Shown here one piece after another: positions 36,297-46,853 of a DNA stretch of 64,000 nucleotides. Position 1 is the first letter of the stretch, and every line of letters begins with the position of its first letter. Location of the stretch: IMG/VR virus record IMGVR_UViG_3300025869_000012; one strand, written 5' to 3'. Position numbers and translations under genes: made by a program. This stretch comes from an uncultured virus (IMG/VR IMGVR_UViG_3300025869_000012) (Duplodnaviria; Heunggongvirae; Uroviricota; Caudoviricetes). Under the pieces are notes generated by a model. That model worked only from the letters and a program-made list of their open reading frames with translations. It did not search any database and was not told the origin of the DNA.

Positions 36297-39200
36297 TTAA
36301 TTTAATAAACTTACTGCTACCGTTGCACTTGCTGCTGTGCCACCTGTTATTGCTCCATCAGCTAATACTTTAAAGTTAGCTATTGCTGTATCACCTTCTT
36401 TTATTCTACCAAACTTATCACCTGATCCACTTTCTAACAAAAGATATGCATCTGATGTATTGTTATCTATGTTTGAACTTAGTGAACTATATGTTACCTG
36501 AAACTCATCAACAAACCTACCCGCTGCTGCGGCTGTAAACGTAACAATATACTGAAACGTTATCGGATCGTTATTTGCTTTTGTAGCAAATACATTACCA
36601 GCTCTTTCATCTATATCAGCAGCTATATAAGTAGTTGGATTTCCAGTTAAAGTTACTGTTGACACTGTAGAACCTGAGCCACCAACATTTTGAGATAAAT
36701 TAAGTACGTTCTGTGTTTTTAAAACAACGTAGTCATCAGCTGTACCATATTTAAGTATTTCAAATTGTATAATTATAGCGCCTCTACCACCACTACCAAT
36801 AACACCATATCTATGATCAATAACTTGTAATATACTACCGTTAGCTAATATAAGATTACCGGTGCTAGAATCATAAGCGTTTGTACCATCAGTTTTTAAG
36901 AAGTCATTTTCTATATCAAGGTCATCTACTTTAACAATTCTACTATCACTGTCACCGGAATTATCTCTTGCAAGAGAAAACGTCTGCTCGAATATATTGT
37001 TTTCTGTAGGAAACTCTGTATTAGCAGGTAGTCGCATTGGACTAGTAGAAGCAGCCACGTTATGCATTTGTACACCTGTACCTACACTTGTACCTATTAT
37101 TGAATTGTTTGTTAAGCTTAGGGTATGCTGCGTACTGTTTGCTGGTCCAGCTGGTAGTGAACCAAAAGAACTATGCGGCGTTAGAGACGCTGCTACTAAC
37201 ATAAAACCACTAATATGTACTAACAATGTCTGCGGTATAGTGTATAATACTTTAGAATCATCTGCGCCATCAGAGTTATCAAACTCATCTGTTATTACGT
37301 AACCTGTAGTTTCGCTAAGTAATATAAACACGTTTCGTCTTCCACTTGTGCCGTTAGCTGTTACCTTTATTATTGCTTTTGCTTCACCGTTATCACCTAT
37401 TGTTAACGTCTTTTGACCTGTTGAAAAGCCACTACCGTTTAATATATTAATAGCAAGGTCAGTACCTGTTGAAGATACAATACTTGCTCCTAACAAAACT
37501 TGTGCGCCAACAGATCCTCTAACTATTATCTCTCTTTCTTCTTCATCCTTAGCAAAATCTTCTTGTGATATATCTGCGCCCCATATAGCATTAGTCTCAA
37601 GACTAACAGCTTTATTTGGTTTAGATATTAATTTAATATTTTCTGCTGTAAGATTTTTATTAACCCTTGACCCAACAACTTTAAATGTATAACCGTTGGC
37701 TTGAGCTGTAGGTCCAGTTATTTCGTAGTTATCATTAATTTCACCAGTCACAATTAGTTGTGGTAGATTATCATCTGTAAATTCGTGGTTAGAGTGAGGC
37801 GTAACTAATATATTCATTAAAGTTGTACTTGTATTACTAGTACCAGAAGTAGTCCATGACGAACCATCTGCTGCGCCTGCTGATATAGTACCACCACCAT
37901 TAATGTCATTTACAGAAGAATTTTGTATTGTCTTATTGAACGTACCAGCTAAAGTAAATGAGTTAGTAGATATTTTACCTGACGTTACAAGTGGTAAATC
38001 TAATTCAATATTTTCAGGTATCATTTTAAAGCTACTTAATTGCGTAGCAATAACCATATTACCATCTGAATTTATTGATGCTTCTGTGAGATGAGGTACT
38101 AAATAATTTTCATTAAAACTTCCAAATGTAAACGCTGAATCAAACTTATAACCTGATTTTGGTTTCACAATAAATGTAAATGAGGTTGAAGCTGTTGCAC
38201 CAGGTAGTATATTAATGTTTTGACCATCAGGTATTATTATATTACCGCCATCACTGTTACCTATGTCAATTGTAACTTTATGTTTCTTAACATGTTTCAT
38301 ATGTGCAAAGTACTTGTTTTCCTTTGCTTTAAAACTAACGTCAGCGCCAGTCTCTTGATCTGTTGTTATTTCATCTGCTACCCAGCCACTATCACCTTCG
38401 TAATTTAGCGTTTTAAATTTCTTTATAGCGTTTCTATTTTCATTAAATAGAACGTCTATGGTTGAGTCTGCTTGTGCAGCCCCATAAAATGTATTCTTAT
38501 TAACGTCATTAGTGTGTTCATAAAGATCACCGTTGTTAAACGTGTAGTAAGTATTGTTAAGTGATATACCATATTCTGGTATGTAAGACTTTCTACTTGG
38601 CCAACCGTCTACAGCCTCTTTAAAACTAACAGTGTCATTATTTAATGTTATGTTATAGCTATTATTATCTTCGTTGTAATTACCAATAACAGTATCAGCT
38701 AACGATAAGTTATCACTAAAGTAATCACCCATACCTTTACCAGAGATATCAGTTAAACCATCAATTGATAATCTTAACACTTTACCTCGATCTTTATCAG
38801 AGAAATAGCTTCTAAAGCTAAAGTCAGCAAATGATTCTGGATTTTTACTTATACCAAAGTCACCAGCGTAAGGTACTGCTTGACCTAAAACATTATTTGT
38901 TGACACTAATCTAGAGTCACCGTCTGCTTCAAATATAGCATCTTTATTAGCTAGTACTTTTAATACTTTATCCTCACATAAAACGGTAATGTCATTATCT
39001 CTACTATGCAGCTTCTGTATAGAGCCATACGCATCATTTAAATCTTTTGTTATTTTTTCTGCTTGTATAAATTGATTTAGTTTATTAACACCACTTGTAG
39101 AGTTAAATACACCTGAGTATATTATGCTTGATTTTCTTCTTTCTTCTGCAAAAGGCTCATCAAGTGTTGCTGATGCGGTAGCACCTTTATCAAAACGTAT

Positions 39201-42200
39201 GCCATTAAAGTCATCTCTAATTCGATCTGATTCAACACCGTTACCAAAACTAAAACAGTTATACCATATCTTACTGCCGTTTCTATTGTTACCTAGGTTT
39301 TGCTCGGTACCATGGTCTGCTATTGCGTAAGCGTCACTTGCCTCGTAATATAAATCAAGATCAACTATAGAAGGTTTTGGTTCTGTTTCCCACACAGCAG
39401 GGTTACCAGTTTTCTTTTGAACTTGATTAGTCCTTTTTCTCCATAGCTTTATTGTAGCATAATTAAGTCTTTTTCTTATTGGAAACACTTGGCCAGTACC
39501 TAAACCATCTACACGTAAGTTACCACCATCAGTACCACCAGTTTGTGATGCTAATGGTCCCCATACAATTGGTGATTCTAAAACTATATCATATCTTATA
39601 CCTCTATTTGCACTACTAGCATGCCTCCTTGTAGAGTTAAAGTTTCTTACAGAGCTTAATTTTATACTTCTAATTCTTATCCTATGTTGATTAGGATCAC
39701 CGGCAAAAGATAAATATATTCCCTTTTGTCCACGTAGCATTTCATGAAACTGAAAGTCAGTTTGACCTGTTATTCTTTTATTCTCATCGTCTCTTGCTGT
39801 AAAGTCTCTTTCTTTTGGCGCTGTAGTATCTGAATTTTTTCTATCATCGCCGTAATCTATATAACGTAGCGTTAATCTGTTATTACCTTTTTTAGGACCA
39901 ACAACTGTATTTTCTTCTACAAATTTACCGTTAGCTCCTTTGACAGTAAATGCTGCTGTGCCAGCTGCCAAATCACCCGTTGGCTTGTTACCGCTTTTAT
40001 CTAAGTCATGTTCTATAACAAAACCAGCACCAGCAAAATCACTTCTTCTTGCATCATCTATATATAGTATGTTAGTATCAGCCTGTTTAGATGTTAATGT
40101 TTTAGTAGCAGCCTTACTGTCGTTAAAGTCAAACAATTTAAATTTAGCTTCAGCCACTTGATCAAACTCATCAGATGGTCCACCAAATATATTCTCTGCT
40201 ATAACATCATCACGTTTTAGCTTTACAAAAAATCTACCCGAAAACTCTTCGTTTTGTATTATTACTTCTTCAGAAAATAACTGTAACTTTAAACCACTAA
40301 CTCTGCTATCCTTTGTACCTACCCAGTTAACATCAGCACCAAACTTTTTTACTAACGTAAACTCATAGTAATCATCAGCGTCATTAAAATCACTACCACC
40401 ACTATTATCAAACTTAGTTACCTTTTCTATTTGATAATAATTACTAGCACGCACGTCTGTTATGTCTGTAATACGTATAAACTTATTTTGATTAAAGAAG
40501 TTATCGTTACTAGCTAAATCTCTTAACTCGCTATCATCAATACCTATTTTATCACCAGCAACTCTAAACGTTCTAAAACCTTCACGTGGATGACCAACTA
40601 ATGTATTTGGAAATAATGTACTAGCATCAGATAATTCACCAACTAACTCTTTTTTCTTTGCTATAAATTCTGGTGGACTGTTTTGTATGTCTAATATTTT
40701 ATATTTCTTAGATTTAAAACCATATTCATCTGGATCAAACGCAACGTTTTTACCGTTTTGTTTTTTAAGTATCAAGTAATCATCTTCTGTTAGCTTGTTT
40801 CTTTCTGATGATGGAAAACTTAACCAGAAGTTATCTTCTTCACCCTCATAAAACCTGTCCATTATAACGTTATAATACTCGTTTGAATTTTCTTTTATGT
40901 AATACTTATAATGAGTTGCCCAAGATGGTGCATCAGAATTAATCTTTGCTTTTAACGTATTCTTTTTATCGGCGTACGTTCCATCTAATTTTAAAGAACT
41001 ATCTGTGCCAGTAAAAACAGGTGACTGTCTACCAAACTCGTCTAAGTAAACAACACCAACTTGATATGTTCGTAAGCTTTTAGCAGATGGTTGAGGTGAG
41101 TCCCTATCAACCTCTGTAGGCGTATTTGTTAATTTTATTTTAACAGCTTCTCTAAATGTATTGTTTTGAAGGTAGTTACCATACATTAATCTACCAGCTG
41201 TAATCTCTTGCGCTTTAGCTTTACGTGGTACATTATCATAAGGTCTTAATGATTGATTTGATTCAATAGTTTTTTCTATTTGTTCAGACGTGATTGTTAT
41301 AGACTTTTCTTTATTTTTTAATGTAGAAACTAAATAAATATTAGCGGCGTTAGATTCTTTATATAAAACATCAACTTCTATTACATCAGCTGGTAACGTG
41401 TCAAAAGTATTTAAAGTAATTTTTCTAACGTTGTTAACCATATTAACATTATGGCCTTCTTCCATGTTGTATATAAAATCTTCGTCATCAGGTATAAACG
41501 CTACACCTGTAAAAGGTGAAAATGCAGAATACTCACCATCGTTATATTTCCACCTATACGCGAACCTAGGAAACTTATCTTGAAAAAACGAATCACCTTC
41601 TTCAAGCTCAATGTTCCACAATTGTTTATCAGAGCTTAACATTTCATCTGACGTTGATAATAATATAACTGTTATTGTTTGACTAGTGCTGCTTATATCA
41701 TCTATAGACTTAATGCTAACTCTTGCTGTATATACAGTTGAGTTATCAGTTGTTGTAACCTTTAATATGTCATTTTCTTTATAATCTGGTTGACCTGACA
41801 AAACTAAAACAATCTCACTACCTATAGCTTTTGGTGTTGTTGACTCATCAGCTTCAACAAACTTATCTCCATCTGTATCTATAAAAGTTGAATCAACTAT
41901 ACCATCTCTTAATGTTCTTTTTATAGATAAATTTGGTGAAGACTTAGGATATTTCTTTATTGTAGTAACATGTTCTTCCAATAAATTACCACCATATATT
42001 TGTGTATGCGTATCAAAGTCACCATTAGTAGCTGCTTTAAATCTATTTATATTTAATTTTTTTGGTTCAGAGTTGTCGTCAGTAAAGAATAATAGATCAT
42101 CAATTATGTTTATACCTGTTATTAAAAAGTTTTCACTAAACTTAAAAACATCGCTAGTTGCCTTAACAGCAACAGCAACAGGTGATACTACGCTTGAGTT

Positions 42201-42494
42201 TGCGTCGTATTCTAATATAGCATCTTTATTATCAGACGTAACAAACCAATATATCTTGTTATTCTCCGTATCTCTCGCTGCTCCAATACATTTAGGGTTA
42301 GTGTAGCCATCAAAGACTGTTGATGCTGTTATTTTAGAATTACCATTTGACGCTTCTATAGCAAAAGCATCAGAAGTTTCTGATGTTGAAACTTCAATGT
42401 TTAAGGCGTCTCTGTATTCACCTGGTGGTACTAGTCTTTCATCCAAGTCTTTATTCATCTTGGATTTTAAAAATTCTCGTCTAAACTCTGGCAT
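36297..42494 (-). CDS. Tail stabilisation/muzzle protein with beta-rich C-terminal extension (2065 aa)
   Basis: KMNKDLDERL..PGEYRDALN, RFAYRWKY, GNGVESDRIRDDFN, GISKNPES, KFKTLNYEG. Confidence 0.75.
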   Translation of the reverse strand: MPEFRREFLKSKMNKDLDERLVPPGEYRDALNIEVSTSETSDAFAIEASNGNSKITASTVFDGYTNPKCIGAARDTENNKIYWFVTSDNKDAILEYDANSSVVSPVAVAVKATSDVFKFSENFLITGINIIDDLLFFTDDNSEPKKLNINRFKAATNGDFDTHTQIYGGNLLEEHVTTIKKYPKSSPNLSIKRTLRDGIVDSTFIDTDGDKFVEADESTTPKAIGSEIVLVLSGQPDYKENDILKVTTTDNSTVYTARVSIKSIDDISSTSQTITVILLSTSDEMLSSDKQLWNIELEEGDSFFQDKFPRFAYRWKYNDGEYSAFSPFTGVAFIPDDEDFIYNMEEGHNVNMVNNVRKITLNTFDTLPADVIEVDVLYKESNAANIYLVSTLKNKEKSITITSEQIEKTIESNQSLRPYDNVPRKAKAQEITAGRLMYGNYLQNNTFREAVKIKLTNTPTEVDRDSPQPSAKSLRTYQVGVVYLDEFGRQSPVFTGTDSSLKLDGTYADKKNTLKAKINSDAPSWATHYKYYIKENSNEYYNVIMDRFYEGEEDNFWLSFPSSERNKLTEDDYLILKKQNGKNVAFDPDEYGFKSKKYKILDIQNSPPEFIAKKKELVGELSDASTLFPNTLVGHPREGFRTFRVAGDKIGIDDSELRDLASNDNFFNQNKFIRITDITDVRASNYYQIEKVTKFDNSGGSDFNDADDYYEFTLVKKFGADVNWVGTKDSRVSGLKLQLFSEEVIIQNEEFSGRFFVKLKRDDVIAENIFGGPSDEFDQVAEAKFKLFDFNDSKAATKTLTSKQADTNILYIDDARRSDFAGAGFVIEHDLDKSGNKPTGDLAAGTAAFTVKGANGKFVEENTVVGPKKGNNRLTLRYIDYGDDRKNSDTTAPKERDFTARDDENKRITGQTDFQFHEMLRGQKGIYLSFAGDPNQHRIRIRSIKLSSVRNFNSTRRHASSANRGIRYDIVLESPIVWGPLASQTGGTDGGNLRVDGLGTGQVFPIRKRLNYATIKLWRKRTNQVQKKTGNPAVWETEPKPSIVDLDLYYEASDAYAIADHGTEQNLGNNRNGSKIWYNCFSFGNGVESDRIRDDFNGIRFDKGATASATLDEPFAEERRKSSIIYSGVFNSTSGVNKLNQFIQAEKITKDLNDAYGSIQKLHSRDNDITVLCEDKVLKVLANKDAIFEADGDSRLVSTNNVLGQAVPYAGDFGISKNPESFADFSFRSYFSDKDRGKVLRLSIDGLTDISGKGMGDYFSDNLSLADTVIGNYNEDNNSYNITLNNDTVSFKEAVDGWPSRKSYIPEYGISLNNTYYTFNNGDLYEHTNDVNKNTFYGAAQADSTIDVLFNENRNAIKKFKTLNYEGDSGWVADEITTDQETGADVSFKAKENKYFAHMKHVKKHKVTIDIGNSDGGNIIIPDGQNINILPGATASTSFTFIVKPKSGYKFDSAFTFGSFNENYLVPHLTEASINSDGNMVIATQLSSFKMIPENIELDLPLVTSGKISTNSFTLAGTFNKTIQNSSVNDINGGGTISAGAADGSSWTTSGTSNTSTTLMNILVTPHSNHEFTDDNLPQLIVTGEINDNYEITGPTAQANGYTFKVVGSRVNKNLTAENIKLISKPNKAVSLETNAIWGADISQEDFAKDEEEREIIVRGSVGAQVLLGASIVSSTGTDLAINILNGSGFSTGQKTLTIGDNGEAKAIIKVTANGTSGRRNVFILLSETTGYVITDEFDNSDGADDSKVLYTIPQTLLVHISGFMLVAASLTPHSSFGSLPAGPANSTQHTLSLTNNSIIGTSVGTGVQMHNVAASTSPMRLPANTEFPTENNIFEQTFSLARDNSGDSDSRIVKVDDLDIENDFLKTDGTNAYDSSTGNLILANGSILQVIDHRYGVIGSGGRGAIIIQFEILKYGTADDYVVLKTQNVLNLSQNVGGSGSTVSTVTLTGNPTTYIAADIDERAGNVFATKANNDPITFQYIVTFTAAAAGRFVDEFQVTYSSLSSNIDNNTSDAYLLLESGSGDKFGRIKEGDTAIANFKVLADGAITGGTAASATVAVSLLN

Positions 42495-42500
42495 ATTCTA

Positions 42501-43661
42501 TTAGCGTTTAATCCATTTAGATTTGTTTCTCATTATCTGAGCTAACTCCTCTGATTTAAGATTTGATAATCTTATTTTAGCATTACGTAGTGCTGCAAAT
42601 CTTTCTTTTTTTAATAAAGCAACGTATGTTGGTTGAACTGAAGTGTGTGTGCTAGCTATTGCATATGCTATATGTTTATATAAAGCTTCTTCAGCAAACT
42701 TATGTATTTGCATTTCACCATCAGTTCCTAATGTGTCTGATATATAATTAATAACTAAATGATGGCCACTACAATCACCACTTAAGTGTATTCTACCTTG
42801 TACCTCATCAATATAAAAAGTACCGTTATCCTGTGCAAACTCTGGTGATATTCCATATCGTTTACCTTCATTAAACCTAAATTCTATATCTGTGTCGTCA
42901 CTAAGATTCAATGATCTTGATGTTGTTTCTGTACCTGTGTTGTTTGCTTCTTTAAATTTATTCCATGCTTCTGAAGGTGATTTTGTTAAAGCATTGCCAT
43001 CACCATCAAATAGATAATCGTAATTATCATCTTGTAATAAAGATGTGGGGTTATTTGTATATCTTGTAGGGTATAATCTTTTATATATACCTTGTCCATC
43101 AACTAATTGTAAACCAACATAATTAACATAATCATGAGGTAGAGGTATTATAAGAGATGGTGGCACATCTATTTCTTGTGATTTTCTAGATTTTAAAGTG
43201 TCATAACTAAACTCAGCTAAACCTCTTCTAGCATGAAATAAAACATCTGTTCTTTTTACTTTTGGTATTACTTTGTTTTCACCTACATAAGCTATTAAAA
43301 AGTTATTTACAACATCATCTAATGAAACGTATTGATATGTACCAAAGCTTTCACCTAATGCTCTTTCTTGTACTCTTAATGTAGCATTTGCTTTTGGTGC
43401 TCCATTACTTTCAAGCTCATTAGTGTTGTTTGTATTACCTGAAAAAGTTATTACACCCGTAGATCCATCGTAACTATAATTATCAGTATCTATTTCAACG
43501 CTGTTAACAAAAACTCTGATATCTGTCTTAGCACTTGGTATGCTAGGAAAGAAAACAGTTGTTAAAGTAAACGCTCGTTGACTACCATTTGGCTCTGTAC
43601 TAAAAGTACTTTGACTTTGTTGGTAATATGCTTCTTGTGTTTTTTGAAATAATCCTGCCAT
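42501..43661 (-). CDS. Tail ring/structural protein
   Basis: LPHDYVNYV, Y.SD......IHKFAEEALY; position after capsid genes. Confidence 0.65.
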   Translation of the reverse strand: MAGLFQKTQEAYYQQSQSTFSTEPNGSQRAFTLTTVFFPSIPSAKTDIRVFVNSVEIDTDNYSYDGSTGVITFSGNTNNTNELESNGAPKANATLRVQERALGESFGTYQYVSLDDVVNNFLIAYVGENKVIPKVKRTDVLFHARRGLAEFSYDTLKSRKSQEIDVPPSLIIPLPHDYVNYVGLQLVDGQGIYKRLYPTRYTNNPTSLLQDDNYDYLFDGDGNALTKSPSEAWNKFKEANNTGTETTSRSLNLSDDTDIEFRFNEGKRYGISPEFAQDNGTFYIDEVQGRIHLSGDCSGHHLVINYISDTLGTDGEMQIHKFAEEALYKHIAYAIASTHTSVQPTYVALLKKERFAALRNAKIRLSNLKSEELAQIMRNKSKWIKR

Positions 43662-43665
43662 TTAA

Positions 43666-44400
43666 TTATCCTTTTTGTTGTTGTATATCTTCAATATTTT
43701 CTTTGTCACCTATTTGGTAAACATCAGTTGACTTCATTGCGACACCTGCTAGTTCTAATATTTTAATAACTAAAGCTGGTTCTTCTGATCCGTGTAACTC
43801 AAAGTTAGTTGATCCTGTTGCGTTATATAAAGCATCGTTGTTTGCATCTAAATAATAAGCCCAGTTAACTGTTGTAGGTTGTTTTATATAATCAACTTTA
43901 ACCTTTGATGCTGTTGTTAGTTCTTCGTAAAATGGTGTTGTTGCTTTGCCTTTGTAAACTTTAATTGTATTTCCTGTTCTTGTGTATATAGGATTTGTAT
44001 CTGTAGGTAATAATATATTACTCTTTAATAATAATCTAAAATCTTTTTTTGTTACAGTTTCACACTCATGAGCTTCTGTAGAGCTGACATAGTATTCAAC
44101 TGTTGATAGTTTATGAAGAGCTGCGGGTAAACTATAACCACTACTGTATGAACCTAAATCAGTGTCAAAAACCTCAAACAATGCTATTTTTTCTTGTAAA
44201 CTAGTTACAGAGTCTGCATGTCTAGTGTCATTACCTGGTCTTCTTAGATACTGATCTAAATCAAAAAAGTACTGTTCAAATATTTCTAATTGTGCTTGAT
44301 TTGCAAATCTGTTGTATTCAATAGGCGTAAGATAACCTCTTTGCTCTTTGTTTGCAATTGACTGAACTCTAGTATATACCGTGTTTATATTTACTGCCAT
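43666..44400 (-). CDS. Tail tubular/ring (adaptor) protein
   Basis: NKEQRGYLTP.EYN..A..AQ; YIK.P; FELH.SE. Confidence 0.65.
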   Translation of the reverse strand: MAVNINTVYTRVQSIANKEQRGYLTPIEYNRFANQAQLEIFEQYFFDLDQYLRRPGNDTRHADSVTSLQEKIALFEVFDTDLGSYSSGYSLPAALHKLSTVEYYVSSTEAHECETVTKKDFRLLLKSNILLPTDTNPIYTRTGNTIKVYKGKATTPFYEELTTASKVKVDYIKQPTTVNWAYYLDANNDALYNATGSTNFELHGSEEPALVIKILELAGVAMKSTDVYQIGDKENIEDIQQQKG

Positions 44401-44419
44401 AATTTCTTTTTATATAGTG

Positions 44420-44441
44420 TAGTCACCCAATAGAGTGACTA
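44420..44441 (-). terminator. Intergenic hairpin
   Basis: TAGTCAC/GTGACTA inverted repeat between genes. Confidence 0.35.
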
Positions 44442-44458
44442 CTCTATAAAGTGATTAA

Positions 44459-45259
44459 TTAGCTTAATCTTTTTTCTAAATTGTTGTAAGCTTCTAAACC
44501 TTCATCGGTTTTAAACCAAGCTGCTAAAGCTGAATATGGATGTTCATCAAAAGGAACATTCATAACTTTTCTACCTGTCTTGGCCCATGTAAAGACCCTG
44601 TTGTCTCCAGATAAAGTTATTAATCCTAATTCAACACACTTGATTCCAAAGTTTCTAAGCTGAACATTTTCATCATTTGCTAACTCAATAAGCAATTCTG
44701 CATTTTGTTTAGCAAACACTAATATGTCTCTTCTTAGTTCTTTAGAAGTTAACTTTGAAACTTCACTACCTTGTTCTGTTCTTAGTATTGCTTCTGCTCT
44801 ATCAACGTCCATGTCTCTAGCTAGATTTAAAGCTTCTATTTCTAAGTTAAGGTAATCCATATCATCTTCAGCTTCTTTAACTAAGTTTTGTTCTTGGAAC
44901 AAAGTGTTTCTATCTGGATGATATAGTGATAATAGTTTCTGTAATGTTTGTTTTTCTTTTGGTACATATAGTGCACCATTTTCAAATACAATATGACCAA
45001 GTCTTGCATCACCTTTGAACTCATCTACAAATGGTGTTCTTTGGTTGATTGTATATTTTAACTCCCTCTCATATCCTTTCTCTTCATCAAAATAAAATAT
45101 ACCTCTTGATCTTATAGTGTATGTTAAAGGATTTAAATCTCTAAGTAAATAGTAATTCCTATCCTTCATTTCCCAAGAATCTTTTTTCTTAGGTTGTTCT
45201 TTTACAGCAACTACAGGTTCTTCTATAGCTACCGCTTTTTTTGTTTGTTTTTTTGCCAT
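44459..45259 (-). CDS. Conserved structural-module protein downstream of the capsid gene
   Basis: 266-aa ORF; synteny with capsid module. Confidence 0.55.
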   Translation of the reverse strand: MAKKQTKKAVAIEEPVVAVKEQPKKKDSWEMKDRNYYLLRDLNPLTYTIRSRGIFYFDEEKGYERELKYTINQRTPFVDEFKGDARLGHIVFENGALYVPKEKQTLQKLLSLYHPDRNTLFQEQNLVKEAEDDMDYLNLEIEALNLARDMDVDRAEAILRTEQGSEVSKLTSKELRRDILVFAKQNAELLIELANDENVQLRNFGIKCVELGLITLSGDNRVFTWAKTGRKVMNVPFDEHPYSALAAWFKTDEGLEAYNNLEKRLS

Positions 45260-45288
45260 GATATAATAAAATTAAATATTAAAAAAAT

Positions 45289-45323
45289 AAAAAGGGCTAG
45301 GCGCCGAAGCGCCTAACTCTTTT
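45289..45323 (-). terminator. Intrinsic terminator after the major capsid gene
   Basis: Minus strand AGAGTTAGGCGC-TTCG-GCGCCTAGCCCT followed by T-rich run. Confidence 0.85.
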
Positions 45324-45331
45324 AAAAAGTA

Positions 45332-46825
45332 TTAGTTAAGTAACATGAAGTTATTAGCTCCTTGTACTACTAGACATCTTTCTGATAAGAAGTTGATTTC
45401 CATAGCATCAAGATCAGATGTGATGTTTCCACCTACTGAACCTGTTATCCATGTTTTCATTCTCCTGTCATCAGTTTGTGAAGCTCTATATCTTACGTGT
45501 AAGAAAGGTCTTCGCATGCTTCTACCAACTACTTCATCATATACTGTTGAAGTACCAGCTGGGATTAAAACACCTCTGATATCATTGAAAGCGTCTTGAC
45601 CTCTTAATGAAATATCATTTAAATATCTCCAATCTGATTTGTAGAAGTCATATGATGCTCTTCTAAATCCAGAGAAACCTAAATTCAATGCCATATCCTC
45701 AGAGTTGCTGAATACACCGTAAGATGTACCACCAGACCCGTAAGAGTTCTGAGCTGCTAACATATCATCAATTGCTAATGATACTGTTCTGTTACAATAA
45801 AGCATGTACTCTTCAATAGCACCTTGCTCGTCAAACTTTTTAAGAATCTCATCAAAAGATCCTAAGTCATCTACTGCACTAGTTCCTGCAATACCTGAAG
45901 TCACATGACCTCTTGTAGTGATAGCTTTAAACAAACCTTCAGTACCGAATGATTCTCCTGCACCGTTAATTGTTGAATCTGCTACCGATCCACCGACTGT
46001 ACCTTTTTCTGACTCTAAAAGAGACATTTCAAGATAATCAGCAAACCTTAATCTAGTTTCAGCTTCTGCTTTTAGATACCATAAGTATCCTGAAGTACCG
46101 TCTTCTGCGCCAACTTCAACCCAACCGATTCTTGAAGTATCAGATCCAGAAATTGAATAATGATCTTTTAAGATAATTGGTTTGTTGTTAAACGTATTAA
46201 ACTGAGGCATAACTGGGTTGTTACCAGCAGTTTCGCCCATACCATTAGTTCCCTTACCAAATTCAGAACCATAAACAAATACTCTACCACTTGCTGCTAG
46301 AGTTGTTGTGTTGATACCTGAAACATCTGCAATATCACCTGAAGCATGACCTGTTGTATAAGGAGCTACTGTGATTTTATTACCTGCTGGTAAGTGCGTT
46401 ACTAACGCTCTAAATACTACTGCATTAGCTTGACCATCAGATACTAGAACTGTTTGACCAATTCTGATACCGTGAGTAGCTGCTGCTGCTGCGCTTGATC
46501 CTGGAGCCGCACCTAAAGTAAGGTCACCAGTGTTGGATCCTGTTGCATATCCTGTTACTTTATACGAAAGGTGTAACCTACCTTGTTCTGTCCAAACCAC
46601 TTGATCTGAGCTCATTGCCTCTTCTGCCCCAATTGCCGATAAGAAACCAGATATAGTTCTTTTACCATATACTTCTGCTTCTTGTTCAATTAGATCAGGT
46701 AAGTACTGCTGAGACCAGTCATTACTACCAGATGTAAAATCTAAATAGTTAGTAGTTATTGCCGCTTTAACTGGTGAAGGTACGCTATTTAACGCCGATC
46801 CACCTGTTGGAGTAATTGCTGCCAT
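45332..46825 (-). CDS. Major capsid protein
   Basis: 497 aa, follows the scaffold gene and precedes a strong terminator; W.EQGRLH, TEGL, GF..F. Confidence 0.82.
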   Translation of the reverse strand: MAAITPTGGSALNSVPSPVKAAITTNYLDFTSGSNDWSQQYLPDLIEQEAEVYGKRTISGFLSAIGAEEAMSSDQVVWTEQGRLHLSYKVTGYATGSNTGDLTLGAAPGSSAAAAATHGIRIGQTVLVSDGQANAVVFRALVTHLPAGNKITVAPYTTGHASGDIADVSGINTTTLAASGRVFVYGSEFGKGTNGMGETAGNNPVMPQFNTFNNKPIILKDHYSISGSDTSRIGWVEVGAEDGTSGYLWYLKAEAETRLRFADYLEMSLLESEKGTVGGSVADSTINGAGESFGTEGLFKAITTRGHVTSGIAGTSAVDDLGSFDEILKKFDEQGAIEEYMLYCNRTVSLAIDDMLAAQNSYGSGGTSYGVFSNSEDMALNLGFSGFRRASYDFYKSDWRYLNDISLRGQDAFNDIRGVLIPAGTSTVYDEVVGRSMRRPFLHVRYRASQTDDRRMKTWITGSVGGNITSDLDAMEINFLSERCLVVQGANNFMLLN

Positions 46826-46853
46826 AATTATTTATATTTATAATTGTTAAAAT

